DNA of 64,000 nt. It comes from Escherichia phage MX01. Of this stretch, positions 46,227 to 55,313 are shown piece by piece. The position numbers were made by a program, and so were the translations under genes. The stretch's first letter is position 1; each line of letters begins with the position of its first letter. The stretch lies in sequence record NC_031934.1; one strand, given 5' to 3'. The notes beneath the pieces were generated by a model that was not told the origin of the DNA, did not search any database, and saw only the letters and a program-made list of their open reading frames with translations.

Positions 46227-47126
46227 TTATTTTAGAGCTAATACTGCCGCGCGGAGCTTGTCACGCTGGAGTTCCATGTTCTTGATGCGAATCAATACGT
46301 CTTGGATACTCTTTTTCTCATCTTCGATCTGACCGTTTAAACGGTGGATTGATTCCTGGAGGTGGTCCTCATGATACTTCTCGATAGGTTTCATCGTAGG
46401 GTTAGTAACCACCATAGAATTCTCAGGCTTGATTTTCCACTGATACTGTTTGGAATTGAATGGACTAGGCACAGCCGTGGTTTTGAATTTGTCATAGGCT
46501 GCATATTGGCCTACGCTATCACATGATACCGCAGAGGTAGAGATACGTCGTTCCATTTGTGGGTCCTTTTGTTGGGATTGATAAGGGGCGTAAGACAAAA
46601 GATATTCGCGAGTTAGTTTAATATTAAAATAAACTGCATCGGGCCGTCCGGAACAATCAGCATATTCATCTGTTGTAACCTTATATGATTCTACGGCCTT
46701 AATACGAGTCATTGCTTCTCTGAATAAGGTTTCAAATGCTCCACGAAGGGCCTTATTACCTTTTGAGGTAGGACGGAAACGAACTTGAATACCGTCAGCC
46801 AAAATATTAATGACTAGGTTACGAGCCGTAAAATTAATATTCTTGATATTGATATGAACCGTAGAAATACGTCCTGCGGTAGCCAAGAGGTCTTTGATAT
46901 TAGCTCGCAATGTTGCGCCGAACAGGTGGGCCGGGCAACGGCAATAATCGTTCAAAGAACTAATATAAGTCCCTTTACGTCCTACACCATAAGTATAATT
47001 ACCATTACAAATATGGCCAAAGTCGGCCAGACGGTCAATAGCGATACGACGTGTGGTATCAAAATCATATCGGGAATATTCTTTACGTGTTTTAATGTTC
47101 ATATTAAAGTCCAAATAATTTTTCAT
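46227..47126 (-). CDS. hypothetical protein, 299 aa
   Basis: Large ORF; no motif recognised. Confidence 0.55.
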   Translation of the reverse strand: MKNYLDFNMNIKTRKEYSRYDFDTTRRIAIDRLADFGHICNGNYTYGVGRKGTYISSLNDYCRCPAHLFGATLRANIKDLLATAGRISTVHINIKNINFTARNLVINILADGIQVRFRPTSKGNKALRGAFETLFREAMTRIKAVESYKVTTDEYADCSGRPDAVYFNIKLTREYLLSYAPYQSQQKDPQMERRISTSAVSCDSVGQYAAYDKFKTTAVPSPFNSKQYQWKIKPENSMVVTNPTMKPIEKYHEDHLQESIHRLNGQIEDEKKSIQDVLIRIKNMELQRDKLRAAVLALK

Positions 47127-47304
47127 AGAATTTAGCGATTGGCCAGGTTATAATAAAAACTATCCCAAATATAGCAAGAACTGGCCAGATAAAGGTGGCA
47201 AACACTGCTTCACCACCTGAGTTAATTTCCATATGATTACGACCAATAAGGACAGTAATGAATCCTAATGCAAGGTACAGAAGAATAAAACCTGCGATTT
47301 CCAT
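47104..47304 (-). CDS. small two-TM membrane protein, 66 aa
   Basis: Two hydrophobic segments. Confidence 0.45.
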   Translation of the reverse strand: MEIAGFILLYLALGFITVLIGRNHMEINSGGEAVFATFIWPVLAIFGIVFIITWPIAKFYEKLFGL

Positions 47305-47306
47305 AA

Positions 47307-48149
47307 TTAATCCTTAAGAAGATTTAAAATATCTGTATATTTTTGACGTTCAGCCTTAGCTTTAGCGTTCAGACCAGAGAGTCGGAAAATCTCATCGTCT
47401 TGTTGCTGAATTGTAACATTCAAGCAAGTAAGCAAATTGCTAAAATACTCGATTTGAGCTTGATGCTTCTCATTGCTGCGCACTGGTACAGGTTCCATTT
47501 TAGGAGCTTCTGAATGATTCTTAACTTCATTACCCGGCTTAACAAGTTTAATACGCCAGCCTGTACTGGTATTAACATTATCGAAGGTAAGAATACCGCT
47601 ACGTTCTAGTTCAGACAAAGCCAATCGAAGATGGAACTCCCAGTTGTCATATTGACAACCACTAAAAGTTGAAGTAAGATACTCGTTTTCGTTACCTGGT
47701 TGGTTGACAATATTAAAGATAATCCAATCACCTGAACCATTAGTCTTAAATGGCATTTGCTTATCTTTACCTAAAGCTAGACGAGCACCCAGTGCTAGTA
47801 AACGACGTTGGTTAGTACGAAGGTCTTTAACAACTTCATCAAATGACATCGCCGGGATTAAACGACCATAGAGGTCATAGCCTTTGTTATAATTTCTAAG
47901 AATAATTCTGGCGTTAGCACGAGTCAACATACCGGCCCTGTGAAGAGATTTCATGACTCGGTCTTCTAACGTAAACAAACCTTTAGTCTTGTCAAAGATT
48001 TTAGTGAATTCATCTACAGAAATACAAACTTCAAACTTTTCCCACATCATGGCCAAAACCTTTTCAACCACTTCTTTATTCAGTGGAATACGACCAAATT
48101 TAATAACTTTTTTAACTTCAGAACGAATTTGATTAATTGCCTGTGACAT
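47307..48149 (-). CDS. hypothetical protein, 280 aa
   Basis: ATG with GAGGAA SD. Confidence 0.55.
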   Translation of the reverse strand: MSQAINQIRSEVKKVIKFGRIPLNKEVVEKVLAMMWEKFEVCISVDEFTKIFDKTKGLFTLEDRVMKSLHRAGMLTRANARIILRNYNKGYDLYGRLIPAMSFDEVVKDLRTNQRRLLALGARLALGKDKQMPFKTNGSGDWIIFNIVNQPGNENEYLTSTFSGCQYDNWEFHLRLALSELERSGILTFDNVNTSTGWRIKLVKPGNEVKNHSEAPKMEPVPVRSNEKHQAQIEYFSNLLTCLNVTIQQQDDEIFRLSGLNAKAKAERQKYTDILNLLKD

Positions 48150-48212
48150 AATAATTTCCTCAGTAAGTAATTAAGAACCTAGAACCATTATACCATCCTT
48201 GGTATAAAGCGT

Positions 48213-48737
48213 TTATGCGAGAACCGTCTTTAAACGCTCTTCAAATTTCTGAAGCAGAGCTTGGCGTTCAGCTCGTTGTGATTTGTACTGCTCGATACGA
48301 CCTGAAGTGAGGGCGTACTGTTCGTTTACTGATTCCCGCATGAATTCAGGAATCTCTTTACAAGCTTTGATTTCGTCAAACTTATCAATAACAGCTTGTT
48401 GTTCAGCAATCAGATTATCGAAATAAGCGATATCAGATTTAACGTTTGCCAGGTCGGATTCGGTAGGCATTAAACGTTTGTTACGTTCAGCTTGATAAGC
48501 TTGATTGGTTTCACGACTCCAGTGAAGAGTACGTTTTTTGTTGGTGTTTTTATAGAGCTCTACAATACCAACTGAATCGATGATAACAATCCAGTTCCAA
48601 CGGCTTTTGTAAATCTCTCCTCCAGATACGGTAATCTCATTACCGCAAGCAACGTCGTTAAAGAACTTGCTTTGTTTTTCAGATTTGAAATTACCATTAT
48701 TAAAATTAATCAGTGAAAAAATATCTTTAGCGTTCAT
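48213..48737 (-). CDS. hypothetical protein, 174 aa
   Basis: ATG with GGAGG SD; canonical early promoter upstream. Confidence 0.55.
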   Translation of the reverse strand: MNAKDIFSLINFNNGNFKSEKQSKFFNDVACGNEITVSGGEIYKSRWNWIVIIDSVGIVELYKNTNKKRTLHWSRETNQAYQAERNKRLMPTESDLANVKSDIAYFDNLIAEQQAVIDKFDEIKACKEIPEFMRESVNEQYALTSGRIEQYKSQRAERQALLQKFEERLKTVLA

Positions 48738-48763
48738 GATAACCTCCAGTAGTTGATAGGTCT

Positions 48764-48792
48764 ATAGTATCATTTCTACCGGAGATGTAAAC
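48764..48792 (-). promoter_or_regulatory. early promoter (GTTTAC-N17-TGATACTAT)
   Basis: Canonical cassette followed by GGAGG SD. Confidence 0.65.
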
Positions 48793-48794
48793 AA

Positions 48795-49136
48795 CTAATA
48801 GAAACTTTTTTCACCGGCTTGACCACTAAACCATGCGGATTGAGTGTTCTCTTTCCGTTGGTGTTCAATACGAATGCGATATTCATTCCTGATGGCGCAG
48901 AGTTCATCTCGGAAGTCGCCTGCCAACTTTACCTGCTTGCGGTCTAGATTTATTAAGGCCTGGGTGTTAACGGCCAAGCGCAGTCTCCTGAAGTCTCCTC
49001 CACTACACGGATTTTTATAGAATTTCTCAGAAAACTTAGTACTACATTCATTAGTATAGTCTTCAACAGACTGTTTCATAGCTTTGGAAAAAGTCTGACC
49101 TGCGTTATAAAGATTGTAAATAAATTGTTCAAACAT
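48795..49136 (-). CDS. hypothetical protein, 113 aa
   Basis: Co-oriented ORF. Confidence 0.5.
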   Translation of the reverse strand: MFEQFIYNLYNAGQTFSKAMKQSVEDYTNECSTKFSEKFYKNPCSGGDFRRLRLAVNTQALINLDRKQVKLAGDFRDELCAIRNEYRIRIEHQRKENTQSAWFSGQAGEKSFY

Positions 49137-49145
49137 AATTCACCC

Positions 49146-50126
49146 TTATTTCAGAAGTGTAACTTCAGCGATTTCGCTCCAGTCATTTTTATCGGTGGCA
49201 ATGAAGTCCGCCAGATAAAGAGCTGTACGTAATGATACGTTACGAAGACGAGATACATTAGCCTTCATCCATGCTAAAGCTTGATAAGTCTCAGCATCAG
49301 TCAGACCTCGATTTTGCATCATATCAGTGGACAGGATAACGTCTTCAACACGAACCATAATCTCTTCGTTAGAGTGAACTCCAAGGTCTAAGTAAACTGA
49401 ACGAGATACTAAAGCCTGGAGGTGTGGAGCAAGTTTAGTTCCACGCTCTAATTCACGGTCGATATCAACGTTGGTGATGAACACGATGGTGCCTTCGTAT
49501 TCGAATTCTTTATCGATGTTTTTATCATCGAGGTAAGAACTTGAAGTGCTCCAGCACACCTTACGTTTTTCACCAGTATCCAATGCTGCTTTTAACAGGT
49601 TCAGGATATCCATATCAGAGAATACATCAACATCATCAATAAGAAGAACACTATTAGGGCCGCGGTTATTCCAAAGCTGCTCGTAAAGACCGATTCCACT
49701 AATCTTTCCGTTGATTGATTTATATTCGATAGTTTCATTTTCGTGGGCATTCTGTAATGCTTTATCCAAAGAATACGTTTTACCAATACCTGCGGCACCA
49801 GAGATGATAAGGGAACGAATTTTACCATCGATGATTCCATTAGTCATCATGTTCATTACTTTAAAACGTTTGTTAATGCGATGTTTCATTTCTTCAGCGG
49901 ATTCAGTAACCATTGCAGGAGCTCCAGCACCTTCGGTTTCGATATCACATTTGAACACCCATACACCACGTTCAACACCATCAATCTGTACGAATACCTT
50001 GCCATCACCTAGGTGAGCTTCGGATTCATGAATTTTATTAGGGAACCAGGTTTTACCTGAACTCATGAACGTACCGGAGATTACATTACCGCGATAGATA
50101 CCTTTGTTGATTTTGATAGTTAACAT
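49146..50126 (-). CDS. AAA+/P-loop ATPase, about 326 aa
   Basis: Walker A SGAAGIGKT, Walker B LLIDDVD; start set to ATG after GGAG. Confidence 0.65.
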   Translation of the reverse strand: MLTIKINKGIYRGNVISGTFMSSGKTWFPNKIHESEAHLGDGKVFVQIDGVERGVWVFKCDIETEGAGAPAMVTESAEEMKHRINKRFKVMNMMTNGIIDGKIRSLIISGAAGIGKTYSLDKALQNAHENETIEYKSINGKISGIGLYEQLWNNRGPNSVLLIDDVDVFSDMDILNLLKAALDTGEKRKVCWSTSSSYLDDKNIDKEFEYEGTIVFITNVDIDRELERGTKLAPHLQALVSRSVYLDLGVHSNEEIMVRVEDVILSTDMMQNRGLTDAETYQALAWMKANVSRLRNVSLRTALYLADFIATDKNDWSEIAEVTLLK

Positions 50127-50163
50127 TATATTCTCCATTTCACTCAGTAGATTTGATAGGTCC

Positions 50164-50192
50164 ATAATAACATGCTCTACGAGAGTGTAAAC
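50164..50192 (-). promoter_or_regulatory. early promoter (GTTTAC-N17-TATTAT)
   Basis: Cassette between terminator and AAA+ ATPase gene. Confidence 0.6.
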
Positions 50193-50212
50193 TCTTTTTT
50201 TGCACTAAACCC

Positions 50213-50234
50213 AAAAAAGGCCCGAAGGCCTTTT
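50213..50234 (-). terminator. rho-independent terminator (GGCC-TTCG-GGCC flanked by A6/T4)
   Basis: Symmetric hairpin between NTase-fold gene and next promoter. Confidence 0.6.
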
Positions 50235-50235
50235 A

Positions 50236-51246
50236 TCATTTATAATACGAGTTATGGTTTTCTAGGTATACCTCTTCGACGAACTTGTCCCAGAACTTCA
50301 TGTCTACCTTAGCAGGCATACCGTTCTTAGATGCCTGGATGGCTAGGACTTCAACCAAATCAACAGTATCTTCAAGAAGTTCTTGAACTTCTTTAAATGG
50401 TAATTCACCGGCTTTAATCAGCTTAATGATAGAGGCTTCGCGCAATGGGAACACCAGGTCGCCTGTTTGGTAGATTTCTAACAATTGATACCCTGCGCGA
50501 TAAGCATGGCTCAGAGCTTTCCAGTCAATACCTTCGTTAGCTTCAGCTTTACGGGCCCGTTCACCATATTCCGCATCGAGCTTATTCAGAGATTGCTTGA
50601 GCTCGATTAAAGATAAAGTAGTTTGGTACTTACGTCCGAGAACAGTATAGAACGTTTGAGGACCTGTTTTCTCATGGTTATGGAATACCCATTCACAGAA
50701 CTCGTTTTCAGGGAGTCGATGTTTGATATCTTCTACACGAGTACGACGTTGCTTAGTCGAACCATCTTCTTGATAATCGACCCACTGTTCAGGAATCTGG
50801 TTAACAATAGCCAGTACACCACGCAGTGCAGCTAGTCGAGAACCCTTAACACCATATTTAGAAGCTTGCTTACGGACGTACCCTAAATAGGCTTTCATGT
50901 TAGTCGTATAGAACCGAGAACGATTGTCTTGGATAAATTTCCATACATCAGGTAAATCAGATTTAACCACCATTTCAGGTGGAGTGTGGAGCATATCCAG
51001 AGCAACGGTTTCGCCATCTGCCGCCAGTTTAAAGAAATATTTCAGACTGTAAAGCTCATGGTCAACATCATCTTTAGTGTTTTTGGAAGCAGTGTTATTC
51101 GTGTTCAGGTTGGTATGGTTCATTGCCGTACCCAACAGAATATCACGCGGATGTGGAACAAAGATTTCTTTAAAATCGACATCAGATTCCGGAGTACTTG
51201 TTCCATAAAGGTGGGAGCCAAAATATCCCTTCATAACTGTTCTCAT
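50236..51246 (-). CDS. Pol-beta-superfamily nucleotidyltransferase-fold protein, 336 aa
   Basis: N-terminal GS-x(9)-SDVD minimal NTase motif (GYFGSHLYGTSTPESDVDF) plus helical C-terminal region. Confidence 0.6.
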   Translation of the reverse strand: MRTVMKGYFGSHLYGTSTPESDVDFKEIFVPHPRDILLGTAMNHTNLNTNNTASKNTKDDVDHELYSLKYFFKLAADGETVALDMLHTPPEMVVKSDLPDVWKFIQDNRSRFYTTNMKAYLGYVRKQASKYGVKGSRLAALRGVLAIVNQIPEQWVDYQEDGSTKQRRTRVEDIKHRLPENEFCEWVFHNHEKTGPQTFYTVLGRKYQTTLSLIELKQSLNKLDAEYGERARKAEANEGIDWKALSHAYRAGYQLLEIYQTGDLVFPLREASIIKLIKAGELPFKEVQELLEDTVDLVEVLAIQASKNGMPAKVDMKFWDKFVEEVYLENHNSYYK

Positions 51247-51695
51247 TCTTTGTTCTCGAAGTGGATTACCGGACAGACCTTAGATTTACGAGCTTTGATA
51301 TATTGGATGACAACGTTTTCTTTAGTTTCTCGGCCTTCACGCTCAGCTTGAATACGTTGCCATTCCTTTTCTTCTCTACGGGCATCATACCATGCGTGTA
51401 AATTCATCGCACCGAATGCCAAACCAATGGATAGCGCAATAATAAGAGCTATTGCAACCAATCCTAAAACAAACCCTAGACTCAACAGAACAGGGGTACT
51501 TAATACAAAGAAATGCTCTAATACACCAACACCTGCAACAGTTAATCCAAAAAGCGTACTACCTGCAACAACAGCACAAGCAAAACAAGCCCAAACCATT
51601 TTCCAGAAGTAAGCACACAAAGAGTGTGGACGAGAATGGCGGTCATAAAATTTATCGTGGAAACGAGCATGCCAAGAGTTTGCATTGATAATCAT
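51243..51695 (-). CDS. membrane protein, 150 aa
   Basis: Several hydrophobic helices; AAGGA SD. Confidence 0.5.
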   Translation of the reverse strand: MIINANSWHARFHDKFYDRHSRPHSLCAYFWKMVWACFACAVVAGSTLFGLTVAGVGVLEHFFVLSTPVLLSLGFVLGLVAIALIIALSIGLAFGAMNLHAWYDARREEKEWQRIQAEREGRETKENVVIQYIKARKSKVCPVIHFENKE

Positions 51696-51705
51696 AATAT
51701 TTTCC

Positions 51706-52266
51706 TTAAGAGTTCATAGTTGGGATAACAGAGTTCAGATAAGAGACTAAAACTTTTAGCTCGTCTTTAGTAAATACAACTTCACTTTCACCGTCATGTC
51801 TTTGGGTCAAGGATAGCAAATCACGGCCCTGGTGTTGATACACGGTTAATTCAGTATCATAATTCAGTTCTTCTTCATCACCTTCAAAGGTTTCACTAGA
51901 GCGAATTACAGCATCTTGACCCGGGACTTTCCATTCAACTTCCGGCTTGCATTCTTCCTGGAACAGTTTAAAAATACATTTAAAGAAATTATCGGGATTG
52001 CTAATGCTTAGGCATTCTGCATCCGTTTCCAAATTAAACCCAGCGCTGTGCTTATAAATGCGGGCGCATACATCATCGTTAATATCAAATACACCGCTAA
52101 AGCTACCACCAAGATAATCCTGTTTGTCCAAAACCTTTAAATCATAAAGCGGTTTAATATCAGCGATAGTCAGTACGATTTTATCGTCTTCTTGTGAAAG
52201 CTCAATTGCGTTATTAACTACTTCAGCGGACAGTTCGCCAAACAATTCAGTTGTTTCAATAATCAT
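51706..52266 (-). CDS. hypothetical acidic protein, 186 aa
   Basis: ATG with GAGGA SD. Confidence 0.5.
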   Translation of the reverse strand: MIIETTELFGELSAEVVNNAIELSQEDDKIVLTIADIKPLYDLKVLDKQDYLGGSFSGVFDINDDVCARIYKHSAGFNLETDAECLSISNPDNFFKCIFKLFQEECKPEVEWKVPGQDAVIRSSETFEGDEEELNYDTELTVYQHQGRDLLSLTQRHDGESEVVFTKDELKVLVSYLNSVIPTMNS

Positions 52267-52276
52267 TTTCTATTCC

Positions 52277-52474
52277 TCAACGGTTATGTTTTAAAATACT
52301 ATAAAGCTCTTCGACTTGGTCTGCATTCAGACAAATCATATCATTTTCTTGTTGGAGCGTAATTCCACCTTTTTCTTCCCAATCTTTAACAAAGACATCA
52401 TCGTCAGATTCTTCAACATCTGCCAAAAGAACAATAATACCATCTTCAGAATTACCACTAGGGTCATATAACAT
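52277..52474 (-). CDS. hypothetical acidic protein, about 65 aa
   Basis: Start moved to ATG with AGGAA SD. Confidence 0.4.
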   Translation of the reverse strand: MLYDPSGNSEDGIIVLLADVEESDDDVFVKDWEEKGGITLQQENDMICLNADQVEELYSILKHNR

Positions 52475-52594
52475 TACAGTTTCCTCGCTAACCGTGAAAA
52501 GAATAAACCAATTAAAACAGGCCCTACAACCATTGTTAACCAAGCCCAAGGTTCAAGATAGTAAATCATCTTCATGCTCCTATGCCACCAGCCA

Positions 52595-52777
52595 TTAGGC
52601 TTTCAATTCTTCTAAATAATCAACCAAAGCCTGTTTTGATTTAGCCAAATCTCGTTTACACCGTTCTATTCCGGAATATGAATAACCTTCACACATCTCA
52701 ACCGCAAGGTCGTTAGAATCTCTTTCAATTTCAATAGCCAATTTAAGAATTTTTGCACACTGTTCAGTAGTTAACAT
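52595..52777 (-). CDS. hypothetical protein, 60 aa
   Basis: Small ORF. Confidence 0.4.
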   Translation of the reverse strand: MLTTEQCAKILKLAIEIERDSNDLAVEMCEGYSYSGIERCKRDLAKSKQALVDYLEELKA

Positions 52778-52781
52778 AATA

Positions 52782-53018
52782 TCACCAGTATTTGTTGATG
52801 GTAGAAATTAATTCTTGGGCCTGGGTGGTTTTCAGTTTACACCCACAGCCCTTTAATGTGTCTTTAAGGAGCCACGGTTCCTTGAGCTCGTCCTTTTCTA
52901 GACGAATTCTGTATCCTCGATAATCAGCGAAGATACTTCGGTCGTCGAATATCTTAATCTCAAGGATACGGTCATTTATTTCATATTCTAATGAAACCGT
53001 AGTACTTGTAAGTTTCAT
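52782..53018 (-). CDS. hypothetical protein, 78 aa
   Basis: ATG with AGGAG SD; early promoter upstream. Confidence 0.5.
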   Translation of the reverse strand: MKLTSTTVSLEYEINDRILEIKIFDDRSIFADYRGYRIRLEKDELKEPWLLKDTLKGCGCKLKTTQAQELISTINKYW

Positions 53019-53046
53019 ACTGTTCTCCTCATTAGTTGATAGGTCT

Positions 53047-53075
53047 ATAGTATCATGTTCCTAGAGGATGTAAAC
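53047..53075 (-). promoter_or_regulatory. early promoter (GTTTAC-N17-TGATACTAT)
   Basis: Canonical cassette directly after a terminator. Confidence 0.65.
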
Positions 53076-53083
53076 ACTAAAAC

Positions 53084-53110
53084 GAAAAAAGGTCCCACCG
53101 AAGTGAGACC
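53084..53110 (-). terminator. terminator-like hairpin (imperfect 8-bp stem) then TTTTTT
   Basis: Hairpin with T-run directly upstream of promoter 53047-53075. Confidence 0.5.
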
Positions 53111-53115
53111 TTTGA

Positions 53116-53499
53116 TTATTCTAACGTCAGCAAATACTTAGTCTGGTAAAAGACGCCAGTGATATCGTCCAAAGTCGACTGGATGGCCTTAGGAAGGGTG
53201 TCATAGATTTTATCAGATGCTTTAAGAAGCTCGTCAAGAAAATCTACAGGGTCCTTAGGCAAGTCTGAAGCAGACGGTAATGATGCTTTATATTCTTTGC
53301 CACTGAATCCAAGATATTGCTCACTAAATTGGTCCAGAGGTCCTTGAACTTCTACATAATAGAAGTCATACGCTTTGTGTCTTGCATAGCTTTTGGTTTC
53401 TAAATGGGCTGACTTAAAATAGGCTAAAGAAACCAGTAGCCAACCAATATAAGAATCCACTTCAGACCCTCGACCGGGTACGAAATCATTGAATTTCAT
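53116..53499 (-). CDS. hypothetical protein, 127 aa
   Basis: ORF followed by stem-loop terminator. Confidence 0.5.
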   Translation of the reverse strand: MKFNDFVPGRGSEVDSYIGWLLVSLAYFKSAHLETKSYARHKAYDFYYVEVQGPLDQFSEQYLGFSGKEYKASLPSASDLPKDPVDFLDELLKASDKIYDTLPKAIQSTLDDITGVFYQTKYLLTLE

Positions 53500-53779
53500 C
53501 TTCTACCTTCATTAGTTTTACATAACGCTCTCCGATGGCCCGACCTTCAATTGAGCACGCTTCTATAGTCCGACAACTTGAAATCTTCCAGGAAGCCGTA
53601 ACATAGGCCCAATAGTCTTCGGAGGCCTTTACGCTGGGTCTACTCATTTGCGCATAAACAGGCATCGCACTACTAGCAAATGCATCCATCAATTTATCAT
53701 TGGTGTTATTTGCTAGTGAAACTGTAGGGCTTAAACATCCAGCCATAAGGATACAAGCCGCTGTACGGAAAATATCCAT
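53486..53779 (-). CDS. rI: lysis-inhibition regulator RI-like periplasmic protein
   Basis: 97 aa, same length as T4 RI; N-terminal signal/anchor; cysteine-containing C-terminal segment resembles recalled T4 RI. Confidence 0.6.
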   Translation of the reverse strand: MDIFRTAACILMAGCLSPTVSLANNTNDKLMDAFASSAMPVYAQMSRPSVKASEDYWAYVTASWKISSCRTIEACSIEGRAIGERYVKLMKVEDEIQ

Positions 53780-53868
53780 ACAAAAGTCCTTTGTTGTTTT
53801 ATACTATTTGCCTTTCGGCCTTAACCGATAGCGATTACCAAAAGCTAAAGCTCTACGGTTAGTATTAT

Positions 53869-53876
53869 TATTTATA
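53869..53876 (-). promoter_or_regulatory. possible late promoter TATAAATA upstream of rI-like gene
   Basis: Exact TATAAATA about 90 nt upstream of the ATG. Confidence 0.35.
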
Positions 53877-54150
53877 GCTTTTTAAGCTTACGACAATAAG
53901 AATAGAACACGTCGTTAAAATTATATTCAACCCAATTCCTCTGTATAGGCGAGGTAATGGAAAGCATATAATGCGCTTTAATTAAATCCATCCCATTTTT
54001 ATTAGGACACTCTTTATTATTAGCATTATACGTCGCTGCTACAACCTCTATCTCTCTTTTGTAAGCCACATCATCCATGATAGGCGAAAGAACAATATAA
54101 GAAATAGCCACAGCGAACGCTAGAATTAAAATCTTTGAATTTAGGTCCAT
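53872..54150 (-). CDS. membrane-anchored protein, 92 aa
   Basis: N-terminal hydrophobic helix. Confidence 0.45.
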   Translation of the reverse strand: MDLNSKILILAFAVAISYIVLSPIMDDVAYKREIEVVAATYNANNKECPNKNGMDLIKAHYMLSITSPIQRNWVEYNFNDVFYSYCRKLKKL

Positions 54151-54157
54151 AGCACCC

Positions 54158-54730
54158 TCAACTCGTTATTTCTATCCAGTGCTTCCTGCACAATGATACG
54201 TAAGAATCGTTGCCACCTATAGAAACTTGGGCTCCGTCCTTAATTGCGATACCATCTTGGACCCTAGCGGTCATAGTAGCTTTACGGCCACAATGGCACA
54301 CACCTTTGTACTCAACGAGTTTATCTGCTGTAGCGAGTAATTCAGCAGAGCCAGGAAACAGTTTACCCTGAAAATCAGTTCTTAGCCCATAGCACATAAC
54401 TGGAACATTATAATTGTCTACTATCTTTGCCAGTTGTTTTATCTGTGCAGGTTCTAAGAATTGCGCTTCATCCACAAACACACAGTGGATATCTTTTTGA
54501 GATTCAGCCCAACGATAGAACTCGTATAGGTCCATATCCGGAGTCACTGCATTAGCCTCTTGGCTAATCCCTATACGAGATGAAATGCTATGGCTTGATT
54601 CTCTATTGTCTATCACAGGCTTTAAAAGGAGTACGCCCATACCGCGTTCTTTGTAGTTATGAGCAGCCGTTAGCAATGAAGCAGTCTTCCCGGAATTCAT
54701 TGCCGCATAGTGAAAATAAAGTTGAGCCAT
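54158..54730 (-). CDS. tk: thymidine kinase
   Basis: 190 aa; P-loop MNSGKT and C-terminal zinc-ribbon cysteines typical of type II TK. Confidence 0.9.
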   Translation of the reverse strand: MAQLYFHYAAMNSGKTASLLTAAHNYKERGMGVLLLKPVIDNRESSHSISSRIGISQEANAVTPDMDLYEFYRWAESQKDIHCVFVDEAQFLEPAQIKQLAKIVDNYNVPVMCYGLRTDFQGKLFPGSAELLATADKLVEYKGVCHCGRKATMTARVQDGIAIKDGAQVSIGGNDSYVSLCRKHWIEITS

Positions 54731-54738
54731 ATTAAACC

Positions 54739-54924
54739 TTAAGCAATTAAGCTTTCTAAATAGTTATCTAAAGCATTATCAGCCTCAGTTAAGACCTTTA
54801 CCAATTCATAATATGTATCTGCATCGCCATATTCAGAATTAACTTCAAAACTGAGCTCTCTTTCGGCCTCCACAATATCACCGACTAAAGAGATAATTTT
54901 AAATTTCTGGTCATGAGTAATCAT
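54739..54924 (-). CDS. hypothetical acidic protein, 61 aa
   Basis: Small ORF. Confidence 0.4.
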   Translation of the reverse strand: MITHDQKFKIISLVGDIVEAERELSFEVNSEYGDADTYYELVKVLTEADNALDNYLESLIA

Positions 54925-54930
54925 ACTACC

Positions 54931-55125
54931 TCAGAGTGTATTTACATAAGCAATTAATTCATTTTCTTTTTTAGAAAACTCGTCTTCTTCGTCGCCGAGC
55001 CAGTCCCAGTCTAGAGAGTTATCAAATTCACATTCAGTATTCGCATCCAAAAGCTCATGGATAAGCTCAAACAATTTATCTTTCTGTTCTTTACTCAGAC
55101 TCATAACCATTGTACCTTTAAGCAA
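54931..55125 (-). CDS. hypothetical acidic protein, 64 aa
   Basis: Small ORF. Confidence 0.4.
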   Translation of the reverse strand: MLKGTMVMSLSKEQKDKLFELIHELLDANTECEFDNSLDWDWLGDEEDEFSKKENELIAYVNTL

Positions 55126-55313
55126 TATTCTTCTACGTGCTGTTTACGTTTATTTTTATCTATAAAAGTATATTCAACATATTCGCCAATATACCATTTA
55201 TCAGTGTTGTGTTGACTTTTTATAGGGCATTTAGTTACTCGGGTTTCGGCCCAGTGTCGAATAATTTCCGCTTTGTTTTTAGGGTCAAACGGATGTGGGT
55301 AATGGGCTTTCAT
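55101..55313 (-). CDS. hypothetical protein, 70 aa
   Basis: Small ORF. Confidence 0.4.
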   Translation of the reverse strand: MKAHYPHPFDPKNKAEIIRHWAETRVTKCPIKSQHNTDKWYIGEYVEYTFIDKNKRKQHVEEYCLKVQWL

